DNA of 64,000 nucleotides from Phaeosaccion multiseriatum (GCA_965112735.1 OZ218954.1:1488001-1552000); one strand, 5' to 3'. Counted from the first letter of the stretch, positions 37,783 to 47,315 are shown. Notes: generated from the letters alone by a model not told the origin. Numbers and translations: made by a program.

Positions 37783-39108
37783 ATGGTCGCGGGTCTTTCT
37801 CTGCAGAGGCTAGCTTTGTTGTTTGCTTTCCTCGTTTTTCTCTTGCTGCTGCTGTGGCAAAGGCACCCCCATGAAGATGTTCTCAATATCAATGAGGATG
37901 TTGTTCTCAATGAGGATGAGGACTCTACACCGCCGTCTACCGTATCCCCTCCACGCTTCAAAGGCTTGTTGAAGGAAGCTATCGACTGGTCTGTTGGTAG
38001 AATCACACAGATGGGCAACTCTACAATCCCCCCGTGGGGCAACTTCACAGCCCCCCCGCCGTGCGACTGCCAGGAGCGTGACTGGTCATTAGACTTGGCC
38101 AAATGCTGGGGGCGGGGGCCATCGCATGTCCCATTCATTAAACGGGATGGGAACAATGCCATCACTGTGAGCAATGATACCATCACTGTGAGCGATGGGC
38201 TGAGTTCGATGTGTGAAGCGTACCGGATGAGGGGCGCGCGCTTTACCCTCACTGTGGAGAAGTTGCCACCTCCAGTGGGAGCAGCAGGGGCTGATGCCCA
38301 GCCTGATGGAGATATTGGTGATCGTCGTCACGTGGCCGTGTTTTTGCACGTGGCGTCGAACCCAGACGGGAGAGGGCTGGACATTCTTCAAGAGTACCTT
38401 GAGCTGATAGAAAGGACGGGCCTGTTGCAGCGCGCAGACGTCATCTATCTTGGGGTGGTGGGAGACCTCAGGGCCCCCCACCTGACTGAACTACTCAAGA
38501 AATACCCCAAAGCATCGGTGATTGTGGGGTCAGAGGACATGACCAAGAGTGAGATGCCAACGATCACGGCCATGCATGCCTACGCGACGCTCGTTCCCGA
38601 GGACAGCGCGCTGCTGTACATGCATACCAAGGGCATCAACCAGAAGGCACATCAGGAGGAGTGGAGGCACATGGCACAGTACTGGCTAATTGAGCAATTC
38701 AGCCTGTGCCTGCAGGTGCTACGACATTTCGACACGGCAGGGGTGAATCGGACCCGGATAAGGTGGTTCCACTACAGTGGAAACTTTTGGTGGACGAATG
38801 CTGGCTACCTGGCGGCCGGTCCAGCTTCGCTCTGGAGCGTTCCCGTGTGGAATGTGGCGAGCCGATACAGCGCGGAGAGTTTTATCCAGGGTCCCCAAGT
38901 GCCCTCGGCTACAAGGGAGAATATGACGGATGTGCAGATGAGAGAGCACCAGGCTCGGCACTATTGCTTGTACGAGGCCCCGCACAACATGTACAAAGCA
39001 CCGACGCCGCGAAGCTCGTATGATTCATTGCCCATTTTAGCAAGGGATGATCCGACCTGCCCACGCGTGCCGTCAGATGCTGAAGCGAAGGCGGCAGCAG
39101 CAGCATGA
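37783..39108 (+). CDS. Type II membrane, glycosyltransferase-like protein with YxHTKG / HYSGNFWW motifs, intronless
   Basis: Probable start MVAGLSLQRLALLFAFLVFLLLLLWQ (transmembrane anchor). Motifs E.PTI..MH.Y, LLYMHTKG, WR.M..Y..IE....C...L..FD..GVN, HYSGNFWW....YL, RYSAE.FI. The GT function is inference. Confidence 0.7.
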   Translation: MVAGLSLQRLALLFAFLVFLLLLLWQRHPHEDVLNINEDVVLNEDEDSTPPSTVSPPRFKGLLKEAIDWSVGRITQMGNSTIPPWGNFTAPPPCDCQERDWSLDLAKCWGRGPSHVPFIKRDGNNAITVSNDTITVSDGLSSMCEAYRMRGARFTLTVEKLPPPVGAAGADAQPDGDIGDRRHVAVFLHVASNPDGRGLDILQEYLELIERTGLLQRADVIYLGVVGDLRAPHLTELLKKYPKASVIVGSEDMTKSEMPTITAMHAYATLVPEDSALLYMHTKGINQKAHQEEWRHMAQYWLIEQFSLCLQVLRHFDTAGVNRTRIRWFHYSGNFWWTNAGYLAAGPASLWSVPVWNVASRYSAESFIQGPQVPSATRENMTDVQMREHQARHYCLYEAPHNMYKAPTPRSSYDSLPILARDDPTCPRVPSDAEAKAAAAA

Positions 39109-39224
39109 GCGGCTTCGAAACATGCAGAAGAGGCGGCGAAAGAAGCAAAAGAGGCGGCGACAAAAGCGGCCGCAGCGGCAGCGGCAGCAGATTAAGAGTC
39201 TACAAGAACGGACAGCTGGGTGCT

Positions 39225-39457
39225 CATTGCGAAAACCACTGGAGCTATGAGTGTGAGTGGCAAAGTGGAGGGGGGGAACGTTGGCCTCTTGCGGCCCGCC
39301 TTCGGGTAGAGGAGAGCGCATCTTTAGAAACTTGGCAGGCTCGCGGGTAGAGGTGACTCTGCGACCTTGTTTCAGGTTCACCGCCGAGACTGCACCACAC
39401 AACTGGAGAAGCAGCAGCAATTTCTTCTGTCGCATCACACTATTTTGTATTTTGTGA
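39225..39457 (+). pseudogene. Frameshifted fragment paralogous to the EEP C-terminus at 49860-50130
   Basis: RGERIFRNLAGSRVEVTLRPCFRFTAETAPH vs RGDRIFSNLAVSQAEVTLRPCFSFTAETAPH. DNA-level match such as CCTTGTTTCAG.TTCACCGCCGAGACTGCACCACAC, in inverted orientation. Confidence 0.85.
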
Positions 39458-39543
39458 CGTTTCCTCTTAAGCCACCTTTGAGTCCGAAACCACCTGTGAA
39501 TCTCAGTCGGCTGGATGTCGCCCCGGCCGATTTTCTGTAGGTA

Positions 39544-39949
39544 CTGTGATTTCGCGGTTGAGTGGCACTTTTTACGCCCAATTACGCCCCATTAATTTTT
39601 TTTTACGCCAAATGACGACTTTTTTGACGACGTTTGACGACGCTTTAGCCCCCTATTTGACGCCCTTTTACGCCCTTTTACGCCCTTTTACGCTCTTTGA
39701 CGCCCTATTATCTTAATTCGCCTTAATTTCGTCTAAAAAATATCACGTAAAAAAAAATCACGGAAGAGGGCGTAAAAGGGCGTAAAAGGCCGTAAAAGGC
39801 CGTAAAAGGGCGTAAAAGGGCGTCAAATAGGGGGCTAAAGCGTCGTCAAACGTCGTCAAACGTCGTCAAAAAAGTCGTCATTTGGCGTAAAAAAAAATTA
39901 ATGGGGCGTAATTGGGCGTAAAAAGTGCCACTCAACCGCGAAATCACAG
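39544..39949. mobile_element. Tc1/mariner-type MITE with ~140-bp TIRs and TA flanks
   Basis: TA|CTGTGATTTCGCGGTTGAGTGGCAC...GTGCCACTCAACCGCGAAATCACAG|TA, with internal TTTTACGCCC subrepeats mirrored on both arms. Confidence 0.9.
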
Positions 39950-39958
39950 TAGCACTCG

Positions 39959-41704
39959 ATTTTTTCCTGTATTTCGCTGATGCCCACCTGTTTTCGCGCT
40001 GCAATAAGAGGATCAACGCTGCTTAAAGAACCACAACTGCTACATTCCAGCAGCAGTAATGGCTTAGTGAAGGCTTGTTCATGGCAGGAAGGTGGCAGGG
40101 CTGGTAGTAGCAGCAGCAGTCAAGCAAAGAGAGGTACATTTGTCACCACCATACCACCAGCAGCAGCAGAGACAAATGGAGGAGAATGAAGAAGCTGTAG
40201 CGGGGCAGCACAAAAGGATGGAGCAGCACCACCTGTGTGACAGTCCTGAAGAGATACCTGGCGCACAGGGCTCTGAGAATACGAGTGGAAAGGCCACAGG
40301 AGCGCACAACGACGATGAGAGTGGTTGGGACGACGAGATTTGGACGCAAGCCGGTGCTCCGGCAGATGCAGCCGCTGCTTCGGTGCCACCAGCGACCGCT
40401 TCGAAAACTGGCATTCAAGCGAGAGTGGAGACTGAGCTTGCAACAATCGCCGCAGCACAGGAGGAGAGACGGAAACAATTGCAGACAGCCAAGCAGGGGG
40501 GTTGAAAAACGAGAAGGCGGGTATAGAAGATGCTTACAATGTTCGAGGAGGACGAGGCCGGTCCCTGAAGGGATTACGCGAGAAGCTGCGGTTGAATGGT
40601 GCAGCTATGAAAGGAATTGATGAGGATTTGCTTTTCCCAGCGGAGAAGGAGGAGAAGTGAAAGAAGGAGATGGAGGAGAGGAAGAAGAAGGGCTGTGACG
40701 TGTCTTCGAGCGCAGACAGGGTAGATGGTGCAAGGGGTGACCACTTCGTAGGATTTTCTTCGCCGCCCCTCGGTCGCACGTCTAAGCGGTACGTTCTCAA
40801 TTATCTCCTCTTCCTTCTTGATGCCTGGCTGCTCTTGTCCACGCCCCCCGCCCACTCTCGGGCCGCCCTTTCTGAACATACCTTGACACACTTCTTTCCC
40901 CTGTTGCTCTCGCCCCCTTTCTACATCTTTTTTTGTGCTAACAGGGGTGAGAAAGACGAGGATGAGGACGAGGAGGATGGAAATACGGGCGAGGAGGGGG
41001 CGGTGGTGGTGGGGGAGGGTTTGGGAAGAAGAATAGACCACCAGCGCAGACTGAGTTCATCAAAGTGGCACTCGAGGCGGCAAGGGATCCAAAGGAAGGG
41101 TTGCCTACCTGGCAAACTCCCTACTACAGGGCCTCGACGCCAAGCCGCCAGTCTGAAGTGGGAGGGTATGCCCAACGTGACGTGTTTGTCTGGGCCCCCC
41201 ACCTCTTCCACAACCTTGGAGAGGACCACCAGCAGCCTCTTTGCGCATGGGATGCATCGTCAGAGTGTGTAAAACCTTATGGGTGGACGTCGCCGCAGCG
41301 GGCTGTGTCTGTCACGAACCTCGAGCTGGAGGAGGAGGAGGAGGAGGGGGGGGAAGGGGGGGAGGGGGAGGAGGAGGAGGACCATCATCATCAGCAGCAA
41401 GAGAATCACAAGGAGGAGGAGGGGGGAGGCGAGCAGGAGGAGGATCAGCTGTGGTAGAAGGAGAAGGAGAAGGAGGAGGAGGAGGAGGAGGAGGAGGAGG
41501 AGGAGGAGGAGGAGGAGGAGGAGGAGGAGGAGTAGGAGCAACAGCAGCAGTAGGAGTAGCAGGTGGTGCTGCTGCTGGAGGAGAAAGGGGGGGGGGGAGG
41601 AGGAGGAAGAGTTGCAGGTGCTGCTGAGGCTGGAGAAGGAGGGGGGGGAGGAGGAGGACGAGGAGGGGGAGGAGAGCAGCAGCCGCCGCGGCACTGTGGC
41701 CGGC
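39959..41704 (+). mobile_element. Degenerate ~1.7-kb repeat, copy 1 (Zisupton/KDZ-like N-terminal coding remnant)
   Basis: Highly similar to the reverse complement of ~59340-61030. Frameshifted coding includes GYAQRDVFVWAPHL..PLC....C.KPYGW..P.RAV, recalling the Y..LF.W.P..CP..C..GW..R.V motif of Zisupton-type transposases. Family call is inference; the repeat itself is directly seen. Confidence 0.7.
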
Positions 41705-41709
41705 CTCGG

Positions 41710-41954
41710 CCCCCCGCGGGGCTTCTCGGGCCCCCGATAAGCAGAAGCCTGAGGCGGCCTGCGGCCGAAAGCAAGAAGCCCGAGGCTGGCCTGCGGCCAG
41801 AAGCCTGCAGGAAAGTAGCGAGAAGCCCAAGTCTCCCATTTTTTTTCCCAGCCTGAGAAGCCCGAAGCCCAGACCTCTGGCCTGCGGCCAGAAGCCCGAA
41901 GCCTGGAGGGGGCTACGGCCTAGAAGCCCGGAGCCCGAGAAGCCCCGCGGGGGG
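41710..41954. mobile_element. Small TIR element (22-bp perfect TIR CCCCCCGCGGGGCTTCTCGGGC) with AGAAGCC/GGCCTGCGGCC subrepeats
   Basis: TIRs at 41710-41731 and 41933-41954. The element is absent from the equivalent site of the second long-repeat copy (~59330-59350). No clear TSD. Confidence 0.75.
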
Positions 41955-41968
41955 GCGACGGCACGGGG

Positions 41969-42697
41969 AGTCGAGGGGAAGATGTTAAGAGGAATCACCT
42001 TAGAAACTGAAACTGAAAGTGTGTGTGAGGGTGTGTGTGTGAGACGAGAGTGTCATGGAGTCGAGGGGACTTTATTGACTTATAGGAATCACCAAAGAAA
42101 CTGAAAGTGTGAAAGTGTGTGTGTGTGTGTGTGTGCAGGTGTCGCTGTGTCTCCGGGGCCCTCAAGGGGCCGGTTACTCCCCCTCTAGGGCGGGTAGGGG
42201 GAGTGCAGGACCGGCTTCGCGGTTGAACCGACCCAGGAAGGCGCGCTCTCGCTCCGAGAGCCACATCTGGTGGCTGCAGCTGACGAGGCGGCGAAGTCTG
42301 GTCAGGACGTGGCCCTTTGTGGTGGAGGAGCCAGTGCGGCCTGTGCGGGAGACCACGTGCTCGGCGAGGGCGTGCAGGAGCGATTGCGCCTGTGCGCCGA
42401 GTCGACCATAGGTCTCGATGGCGAAGGTGGAGAGGCGAACACGCTCTCGGTCGTAGGTGCCCCTGTAGTGTCGCTCCTTGCGGGTCTCGCTGTTGGCTGC
42501 TGCCGCTCCCGGTCTGATGTCCGTGCGGAGCACATTCAAGGCCGTCCTGCAGAGGTTGTTACTCAGGGTTAGGTCAAGCATATGCGCCGGGTGGGCATAG
42601 GTTGGGTCGCGGGCTCCGGAGAGGGCGCCTCTGGGGAGGGTGGCGTCCATGCGGAGTCGAGGGGGACTTTATTGACTTAATAGGAATAGTCGAGGGG
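41969..42697 (-). mobile_element. Tandem 5'-truncated non-LTR retrotransposon fragments with restriction-like endonuclease (CRE-like) C-terminus
   Basis: ORF 42650-42174: MD.....LDLT...GAAAANSETRKERHY....FAIETYGRLGAQAQSLLHALA, an RLE-LINE C-terminal pattern. Fragments share 3' tail sequences and are separated by AGTCGAGGGG, seen four times. Confidence 0.75.
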
Positions 42698-42796
42698 AGG
42701 ATCAGGGATACAGCAAGTCAGTCGCCAATTGTGGTGGGAATTTGAATTTGATTTTTTTCCCTGCATCACAAGTCTGCAAGTCTGAAAAAAGGGAAG

Positions 42797-43519
42797 ATGA
42801 GGATCGGAAAGAGAATTATGGAGTTGGCTTTGATGGCATCGTCTCTCAATGGGGTCAGGACGAAGCTAGTCACGAGGGAGGAATCCGAGCCAGCAACGAG
42901 GGGGCTAATTAAAAACAGCAACGAGCAGCTCTTCCACTTGGTTGTGTCGCAGCTGGATCAACATGACGTTCCATATGTTATCATGTATGGAACACTACTG
43001 GGCTTGTGGCGCTCCCAGAGTCTAATACCGAATGACTCCGACTGTGATCTTATGGTGATGGCGGAGGACGCAGACGCTTTTGTGGCCGCTGTTTACGAGG
43101 GTACGAAGCAGTTCGAGAATGTGGCTGTACAGCAATTTCCAAATATCATTCAGATATCAACAGACCCCAAGGCGAAACTTGAAAACTACCATCCCACGAA
43201 GGCGGGCGAAGGCTACGTTATGATGGATATTTACGTGATGATCCCCAACGGCACGAGAGAGGTCATTTTAGACTCTTGGAGCAAACTGCGATACAAATGG
43301 GACCACATCTTTCCAGTGCTTATGATGCCGCTTTACCTCACCGAGACGAACGAGAATGTCACCGTCAGTGTCCCGCATGAACCCCAAGCCATAATCCAAG
43401 CTATTTATGGCAACAACTGGAGAATTCCCATCGATGATGATCACGGCAAGAACCGATCGATAAGTCCGTTCTGTGGCGCGGGGACTAGGGTAGGAAAGGT
43501 AAGAGGGGATTGCTTTTAA
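42797..43519 (+). CDS. LicD/fukutin-family phosphotransferase (nucleotidyltransferase fold), intronless
   Basis: YVIMYGTLLGLWR.QSLIPNDSDCDL, MDIY, IFP, VSVPHEP..I.QAIYGNNWRIP: all hallmark LicD motifs. Confidence 0.9.
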   Translation: MRIGKRIMELALMASSLNGVRTKLVTREESEPATRGLIKNSNEQLFHLVVSQLDQHDVPYVIMYGTLLGLWRSQSLIPNDSDCDLMVMAEDADAFVAAVYEGTKQFENVAVQQFPNIIQISTDPKAKLENYHPTKAGEGYVMMDIYVMIPNGTREVILDSWSKLRYKWDHIFPVLMMPLYLTETNENVTVSVPHEPQAIIQAIYGNNWRIPIDDDHGKNRSISPFCGAGTRVGKVRGDCF

Positions 43520-43719
43520 TTTCCAAAGAGCGCGTGCTTTTTGTCTTTTGGAGGGGACCGGCGGGAGGATGCGGCAAGGCATACATCTTCTCGCCACTCC
43601 TACTCTGATCCACACCACGGGGCAAGAGAAAGGCATTCGAAGTGGACAAGAAACACGCACAAACACACACATACTCCCTTGACGCAGTCGGCTCGAGGCA
43701 TGGTTTCTCTGGCTCCTTG

Positions 43720-43895
43720 CTTCTGGCTTCTGGCTTCTGGCCGCTGGCGAGGGCTGGCTTCTCGGTTTTCGGCCGCAGGCCGCCTCTGGCTTCTAGCTTG
43801 TCGCTCTTTCCCGCTGACGACTTGGCTTCTGCTGGTCGCAGGCCAGCCCCTGGCTTCTCGGCTTTCGGCCGCAGGCCGCCTCTGGCTTCTGGCCA
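43720..43895. repeat. Array of TTCGGCCGCAGGCCGCCTCTGGCTTCT-type subrepeats, inverted relative to those in 41740-41930
   Basis: Reverse complement matches AGAAGCC.GAGGCGGCCTGCGGCCGAAA at 41743-41770. Confidence 0.75.
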
Positions 43896-45148
43896 CCGGG
43901 AAGGAGATAGAGGGCAAGAGGAGAACGACGACGTGGCACTAGTCTCGGGTGCCCAAGTCTCGAGCGGGCAGAGCGCTGAAGCGCCCCAGGAGGGAGGGGA
44001 AGAAGAGGGGTGAAAATTGAGGGTCGCATACGTAATATTATCAAATAATTAACGTACTTCCGACTTCTAAAGGTGGCAATGTGTTCGTAAGAGGCAGGCG
44101 GCGCCAGTAGTGGCTAAAGAAGAAAAAAAAGGAGGGGGGGGGGGGGAGGGGTAGGTGCTGTCCGCAAAACGGGTGTGTCCGCCCACCCAGGTTTTACTCT
44201 TAGATAGCGTTGTAAATCGCATCCTCGCCAAGGAGAGCATGTAAAGAGTACCAAATCGGCGCACGGTCATGAGGTATAGCCTCGCGTTGTATCTGGCCCT
44301 TATCTATCGTCATACCCTCTCTTCCCCCTCGATCGAGGGTCAGGATGACGACGAAAAGGGGCCCTTCCCACTCTTTAAATTCTCTCCCTCACTCTGTAGC
44401 TCCTGAAAGGACACTTCGAGTTGCCCAGCACTCAGCAGACTATGTATCCCTCAAGTCTTCTCAAGGGTTTCACATCTCGTGGTCTGCTGGTCGCACACGC
44501 TCCTCCCTCTCCTCACCATTTTTGAGGTGAAAACTGCTGCCATAAGTGTTTCCATCTCGCCTCACCCCTTCTGCTCCACAGCGCCTGCAATCGCACTCTT
44601 AGCTGCTCAACGTCGACTTCCATATGTGGGTCGCAGTCTGCTCAAAGCCATTCCTCCCTCATGGGCTCTTGCTCGCACACGCTCTTCCCCCACTCCCCCC
44701 TTGTTGTTTGAGGCCCAAATTCCCGCCAAAGCAACGGACATTTCAGCTCCACATGTTAGCCCACTATCTCGTAAGACCGCACTCCCAGCTTCTCATCGGC
44801 TATTTGACTACATAATCCGTATTCAGCCCGAAGATTATCACCTCTTGTGTGAGCTACGCCTCTCTCTTTCTCCCTTGTTCAGGGGCAAAGATCTCGTCAA
44901 CATATCAGCACATTTCAACTCCTAAATCGCTCTATACAGACGCAACAATCAGACTTTAAGCTGCTCAACATCTAGAATACTGTCTGTACCTCAGATCTCC
45001 CGAAGATCTTCGCCTGTGGTGCTCTGCAGCGTGCGTAATGCCTCTTTTCCTGAGCCCACTCAAAAATGTGGATTCTACTGACATCCAGGGCGGTTAATTG
45101 ACATACAAGGGGGGGGGGGGCGTCGCTACGCTTCCACACGCGAAAAGG

Positions 45149-46246
45149 ATGATGTATTGTTCGCTCAGGAGGGCCACCATCATTGCTTACATATGCCAGC
45201 AAGTGTTGCTTGTTCTCATCATTCGCTATTCCGAGCAGAGAGCAAATGCGGAACCAGACAGGATAACTTACGTACCCTCAGCAGCAATTGTCTGTTCCGA
45301 GTATCTCAAGCTCGTTCTGAACGCGTGTCTTGAGTTTTTTTTTCAGTACAAGTACATGGAAGGGAATTTGGGGTTCAGCAGTGTGTGCAGGGGTTTGGCG
45401 ACCCTGGAGGCCTTGAAGCTCGCTGTCCCTGCTCTTCTCTACGTAGCCCAGAACAACTTGGTCTTTGTGGCGCTCGGCAACCTCTCTGTGCCCGTGTACC
45501 TGGTCACCAATCAAGGAAAACTACTCGCAACAGCATTATTCAGCAGAGTGTTGCTTGGAAAGTCAATTTCAGCTATTCAATACGCATCTCTGCTCATGCT
45601 GGCAGCTGGGGTATCCATCACGCAACTCTCGTCGAGGGAAGGAGAACAAGGTGACAAAGAGACGATGGGGGATGACAAACTGGTTGGGTTCCTGGCTATT
45701 TCGGCATCTTGTCTTACCTCGGGATTTGCTGGAGTTTACTTTGAGAAGATACTCAAGCAATCCCATACTAAGGTGTCGGTCTACATGAGGAATATGCAGC
45801 TGGCTTTGTGGAGTATCCCGTTGGCATTCCTTCCACTGCTCCACGATCGAGAGACTCTCCAGCGGAATGGCTTCTTCCAAGGTTTCGATCGCGTTGTTTG
45901 GGGTATTGTCATCTGTCAGGCCTCAACTGGGCTGGTTGTGGCGCTCGTCATGAAGTACGCAGACACGATTTGGAAAGGCTTTGCATCGTCCATGGCAGTA
46001 ATCGTGGCCACCATAGTGTCAAAATGTATTTGGAACTCAAAAATTGATCATTGGTTCATCATAGGAGCTGGTGTTGTGCTTGCCGCGGTTCAAAGCTATT
46101 CAAAGTATCCCGCTTCAGCTGACCTGCGGGGAGCATGCCGTTCTGAGGAAGCACTTGGTCCGCTCGCTGGCAAAGCGTCTGCTGAGGCCTCTGGAGAAGA
46201 TGAGGAAGCTTTGATGTACCACCATAGAGTGCCAGCCCACCCCTGA
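45149..46246 (+). CDS. SLC35A-type nucleotide-sugar transporter, intronless
   Basis: SEYLKL, LKLAVPALLYVAQNNL.FVAL.NL, TNQGKLLATALFS..LL, SGFAGVYFEKILK, RNMQL, GFFQGF, GLVVALVMKYADTIWKGFA.S. Confidence 0.93.
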   Translation: MMYCSLRRATIIAYICQQVLLVLIIRYSEQRANAEPDRITYVPSAAIVCSEYLKLVLNACLEFFFQYKYMEGNLGFSSVCRGLATLEALKLAVPALLYVAQNNLVFVALGNLSVPVYLVTNQGKLLATALFSRVLLGKSISAIQYASLLMLAAGVSITQLSSREGEQGDKETMGDDKLVGFLAISASCLTSGFAGVYFEKILKQSHTKVSVYMRNMQLALWSIPLAFLPLLHDRETLQRNGFFQGFDRVVWGIVICQASTGLVVALVMKYADTIWKGFASSMAVIVATIVSKCIWNSKIDHWFIIGAGVVLAAVQSYSKYPASADLRGACRSEEALGPLAGKASAEASGEDEEALMYHHRVPAHP

Positions 46247-46563
46247 CGTGATTCTGAGGGAGGCGTGGCTGATCGTGATTCTGGCGGCCGCTGGAGGCGT
46301 GATACGTGATTCTGCTATTATGCAGGCGTGATTCGTGCTTCTCGGCGGTCGCCTTAGAATTAAGGCAATGAATGAGGAGAACATCGCCTTAGACCTCTTC
46401 AGTCGCCCCATCCACGCTGCTGTTCGCCTGCAGGCTCGTCGACTTGTCCGCGTTTTTCTGATATTGGTCGCAGAACTTTGCTGCGTTGGTCGGGGCTCTT
46501 ATTTTAGTGCGCCCGGTCATCCCTATGCAAGTATCGATATCGACCTAAACCCAGACAGCACAT

Positions 46564-46840
46564 GAGAAACGGTGCGTGGCCCGTTTCTCACTAACCTCCC
46601 AGCAGGTTGGTCGTTTAGGATGGCTCGGGGATAAAGCTAATAGAGACAAGCAAGGCTGGCTGCCATGTAAAGAGTCACGTTGCTCTCCACCTAGGATGGG
46701 ACCAGCTGCATGGCCAAGGTAATAGCAACCCCAAAGCCAGCCTGGCAGCCAGCCTTGTCTCTATTAGCTTTATCCCTAGGCCATCCTAAACGACCAACCT
46801 GCTGGGAGGTGAGTGAGAAACGGGCCACGCACCGTTTCTC
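46564..46840. mobile_element. Foldback/MITE-like element with ~100-bp inverted arms and terminal hairpins
   Basis: GAGAAACGGTGCGTGGCCCGTTTCTCACT...GGCTGGCTGCCA is mirrored by TGGCAGCCAGCC...GAGAAACGGGCCACGCACCGTTTCTC. No TSD seen. Confidence 0.8.
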
Positions 46841-47166
46841 TTTGCCTGGGCGTGGGCCATTGACATAGACGGGAAAGCACGATCCGCCTGCGGCAACATG
46901 AGAAGTGGTGCAGTGGGCTGGCGCATGAGGCGCAATTCTATCGCTCGCATCTCAGCTTCTGAGGTAGCTGGCGGGAAGAGGCGGGGGTGAAGCGAGGGGG
47001 ATGTTAGAAGTGGCCTAGTTGGGGTCTCTTGGAGACCCAATCAGTAGTGGAACGGCCGGAAAACGGGCCAACGAGACGAAAATCAGTAGTAAAGAAGAGA
47101 AGTGTGTATGTATGTATGTATGTATGTATGGGCTGGCTTCCGGGTGCTTACTTTTTTTTCCTCTCA

Positions 47167-47315
47167 TCCTGAACCACTACTATTGACTATACTCTATATA
47201 TTCTAAATAATACTTCTCTAAATATATACTTCGAAGTATATTATTATTAATATTATTACATAAATATATTCTAAATGTGTAATAAAGTATACTAAGCAAT
47301 ACTAGTGGTTCAGGA
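47167..47315. repeat. AT-rich mini inverted-repeat element
   Basis: TCCTGAACCACTACTATTG ... CAATACTAGTGGTTCAGGA (18/19 complementary) around a strongly AT-rich core. Confidence 0.7.
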
